34,652 nucleotides of DNA from the NCBI GenBank assembly GCA_028278255.1, contig JANQER010000057.1:1-34652 (forward strand). The letters run 5' to 3'. This document shows, piece after piece, positions 33,419 through 34,652 of the stretch (positions are counted from its first letter, which is position 1; each line of letters begins with the position of its first letter). The translations under genes were made by a program, and so were the position numbers. A model generated the notes under the pieces. The model worked only from the letters and a program-made list of their open reading frames with translations, ran no database searches and was not told the DNA's origin. Source of the DNA: Elusimicrobiota bacterium. Its GTDB lineage: Bacteria > Elusimicrobiota > Elusimicrobia > FEN-1173.

Positions 33419-33584
33419 AAAGACAAATTCGAAGCTCGAAATTCTAAGCTCTAAACAAAAAACTAAATTTAAGCACTTGATATTCAAAATAAAATTATAA
33501 AGTATAACAATCAAAAACATATCAAAAAAATGGCGCAAAAAGAAAAAAAGCCGAGAAAATTAGATTTGATTTTATGTTTATTTT

Positions 33585-33618
33585 TTTGAATTTTGATTAT
33601 GGTTTTCGTTTAGAATTT
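33585..33618 (+). promoter_or_regulatory. conserved upstream motif TTTGAATTTTGAT...TTTTCGTTTAGA...ATTT, shared with the CBS gene upstream region
   Basis: The 13-nt block TTTGAATTTTGAT and 12-nt block TTTTCGTTTAGA are identical to the reverse complement of 24765-24817. Order and orientation relative to the downstream start codon are the same. TTGAAT and TAGAAT resemble -35/-10 hexamers, but the spacing is 19 nt. Confidence 0.4.
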
Positions 33619-33632
33619 ATACAGGAGGTTGT

Positions 33633-34652
33633 ATGAGTATTCTCAAAAAAACAGATTCAAAGGTGTTTCGAACTATTTACCAGGAAACCAAGCGCCAGGA
33701 GGAAGGACTGGAGCTCATTGCTTCTGAAAACTATGTGTCAGAAGCCGTGTTGGAGGCGCAAGGATCAGTGCTGACCAACAAATACGCAGAAGGATATCCA
33801 GGCAAACGTTATTATGGCGGATGTGAGTGTGTGGATGTGGCAGAATCATTGGCCATTGACAGAGCCAGGGCTTTGTTTGGCGCTGAACATGTCAATGTGC
33901 AGGCGCATTCAGGTTCTCAGGCCAATATGGGCGTGTACATGAGCGTTTTAAATGCAGGGGACACCATTATGGGGCTAGAACTTTCACATGGCGGACATCT
34001 CACGCATGGACATCCCCTTAATTTTTCCGGAAAATATTTCAAAGTGGTTTCCTATAGGGTGCATCCGGAAACAGAAGAGATTGATTATGACCGTGTGGCG
34101 CAGCTCGCATCAGAGCACAGACCAAAGCTGATTTGCACAGGGGCATCGAATTATTCCCGGATTTTTAACTGGGAGAAATTCAGAGATATTGCTGATTCTG
34201 TGGGCGCGCTTCTCATGGCAGACATTGCGCATTATGCAGGCCTGGTGGCAGTGGGGTTGTACCCTTCGCCTGTGCCGTTTGCAGATTTTGTCACCACCAC
34301 CACGCACAAGACACTCAGGGGCCCGCGCGGGGGCATGGTCATGTGCAAAGAAAAATATGCCAAGGACCTTAACCGTGTTATATTTCCCGGCATCCAAGGG
34401 GGTCCGCTCATGCATGTGATTGCTGCCAAAGCTGTGGCATTTGGTGAAGCTTTAAAGCCCGGGTTCAAGACATATCAAAAACAAGTCATGGCCAATGCCA
34501 AGGCCATGGCAAAAGGTCTGCATAATCGAGGCTTCAGAATTGTGTCCGGCGGCACTGATTGTCACATGTTTTCTGTTGACCTGCGGTCCAAAAGTATTAC
34601 AGGGAAAGAGGCAGAGCTTGTGCTGGGCCAGGCCCATATCACTGTCAACAAA
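33633..34652 (+). CDS. glyA: serine hydroxymethyltransferase, 3' end outside window (not in the supplied ORF track because no stop is reached)
   Basis: AGGAGG RBS 6 nt upstream. [65 protein letters not shown]... and the PLP-lysine motif [14 protein letters not shown] at about 34297-34338. The frame is open to the last base. Confidence 0.95.
   Translation, partial: MSILKKTDSKVFRTIYQETKRQEEGLELIASENYVSEAVLEAQGSVLTNKYAEGYPGKRYYGGCECVDVAESLAIDRARALFGAEHVNVQAHSGSQANMGVYMSVLNAGDTIMGLELSHGGHLTHGHPLNFSGKYFKVVSYRVHPETEEIDYDRVAQLASEHRPKLICTGASNYSRIFNWEKFRDIADSVGALLMADIAHYAGLVAVGLYPSPVPFADFVTTTTHKTLRGPRGGMVMCKEKYAKDLNRVIFPGIQGGPLMHVIAAKAVAFGEALKPGFKTYQKQVMANAKAMAKGLHNRGFRIVSGGTDCHMFSVDLRSKSITGKEAELVLGQAHITVNK

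Overview
Chromosomal fragment of a bacterium using the standard genetic code (TGA, TAA and TAG all terminate ORFs). I cannot place it taxonomically by eye. Three blocks stand out. (1) 1-17002 is a roughly 17 kb, co-directional, partly translationally coupled surface-glycan locus. It holds two B12-binding-type radical SAM enzymes, two zinc-ribbon SAM methyltransferases, a KdsB-like cytidylyltransferase next to an HpcH/HpaI aldolase, an FAH-family enzyme, a D-2-hydroxyacid dehydrogenase, SDR enzymes, a HAD phosphatase, GT2 and GT4 transferases, a DegT aminotransferase and a transglutaminase-like protein. (2) 17128-22543 is an envelope block: CapA-like protein, class A PBP and a GT-C-like membrane protein. 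(3) 22743-34652 is housekeeping: CBS protein, SGNH hydrolase, DUF493, FAD oxidoreductase, tRNA-Ser, rsmI, argC, argJ, a HAMP protein, tsaC and glyA. glyA runs off the window and is absent from the supplied ORF track. The most unusual object is a tRNA-Asn(GUU) gene (22743-23514) split in its anticodon loop by a 700-nt group I (IC3-like) intron that encodes an HNH endonuclease. Other points worth a second look are a possible aldolase-based route to a CMP-activated keto-deoxy acid sugar, a GT4 gene broken by one in-frame TAA, a roughly 130-aa acidic insert in PBP1A, two AT-rich islands inside the glycan locus, an operator-like repeat set over a promoter, a GC-rich palindromic repeat family, and shared AT-rich word motifs upstream of several genes. 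I saw no CRISPR array, rRNA, integrase or transposase. All calls rest on reading the sequence and recalling family motifs; no searches were run.
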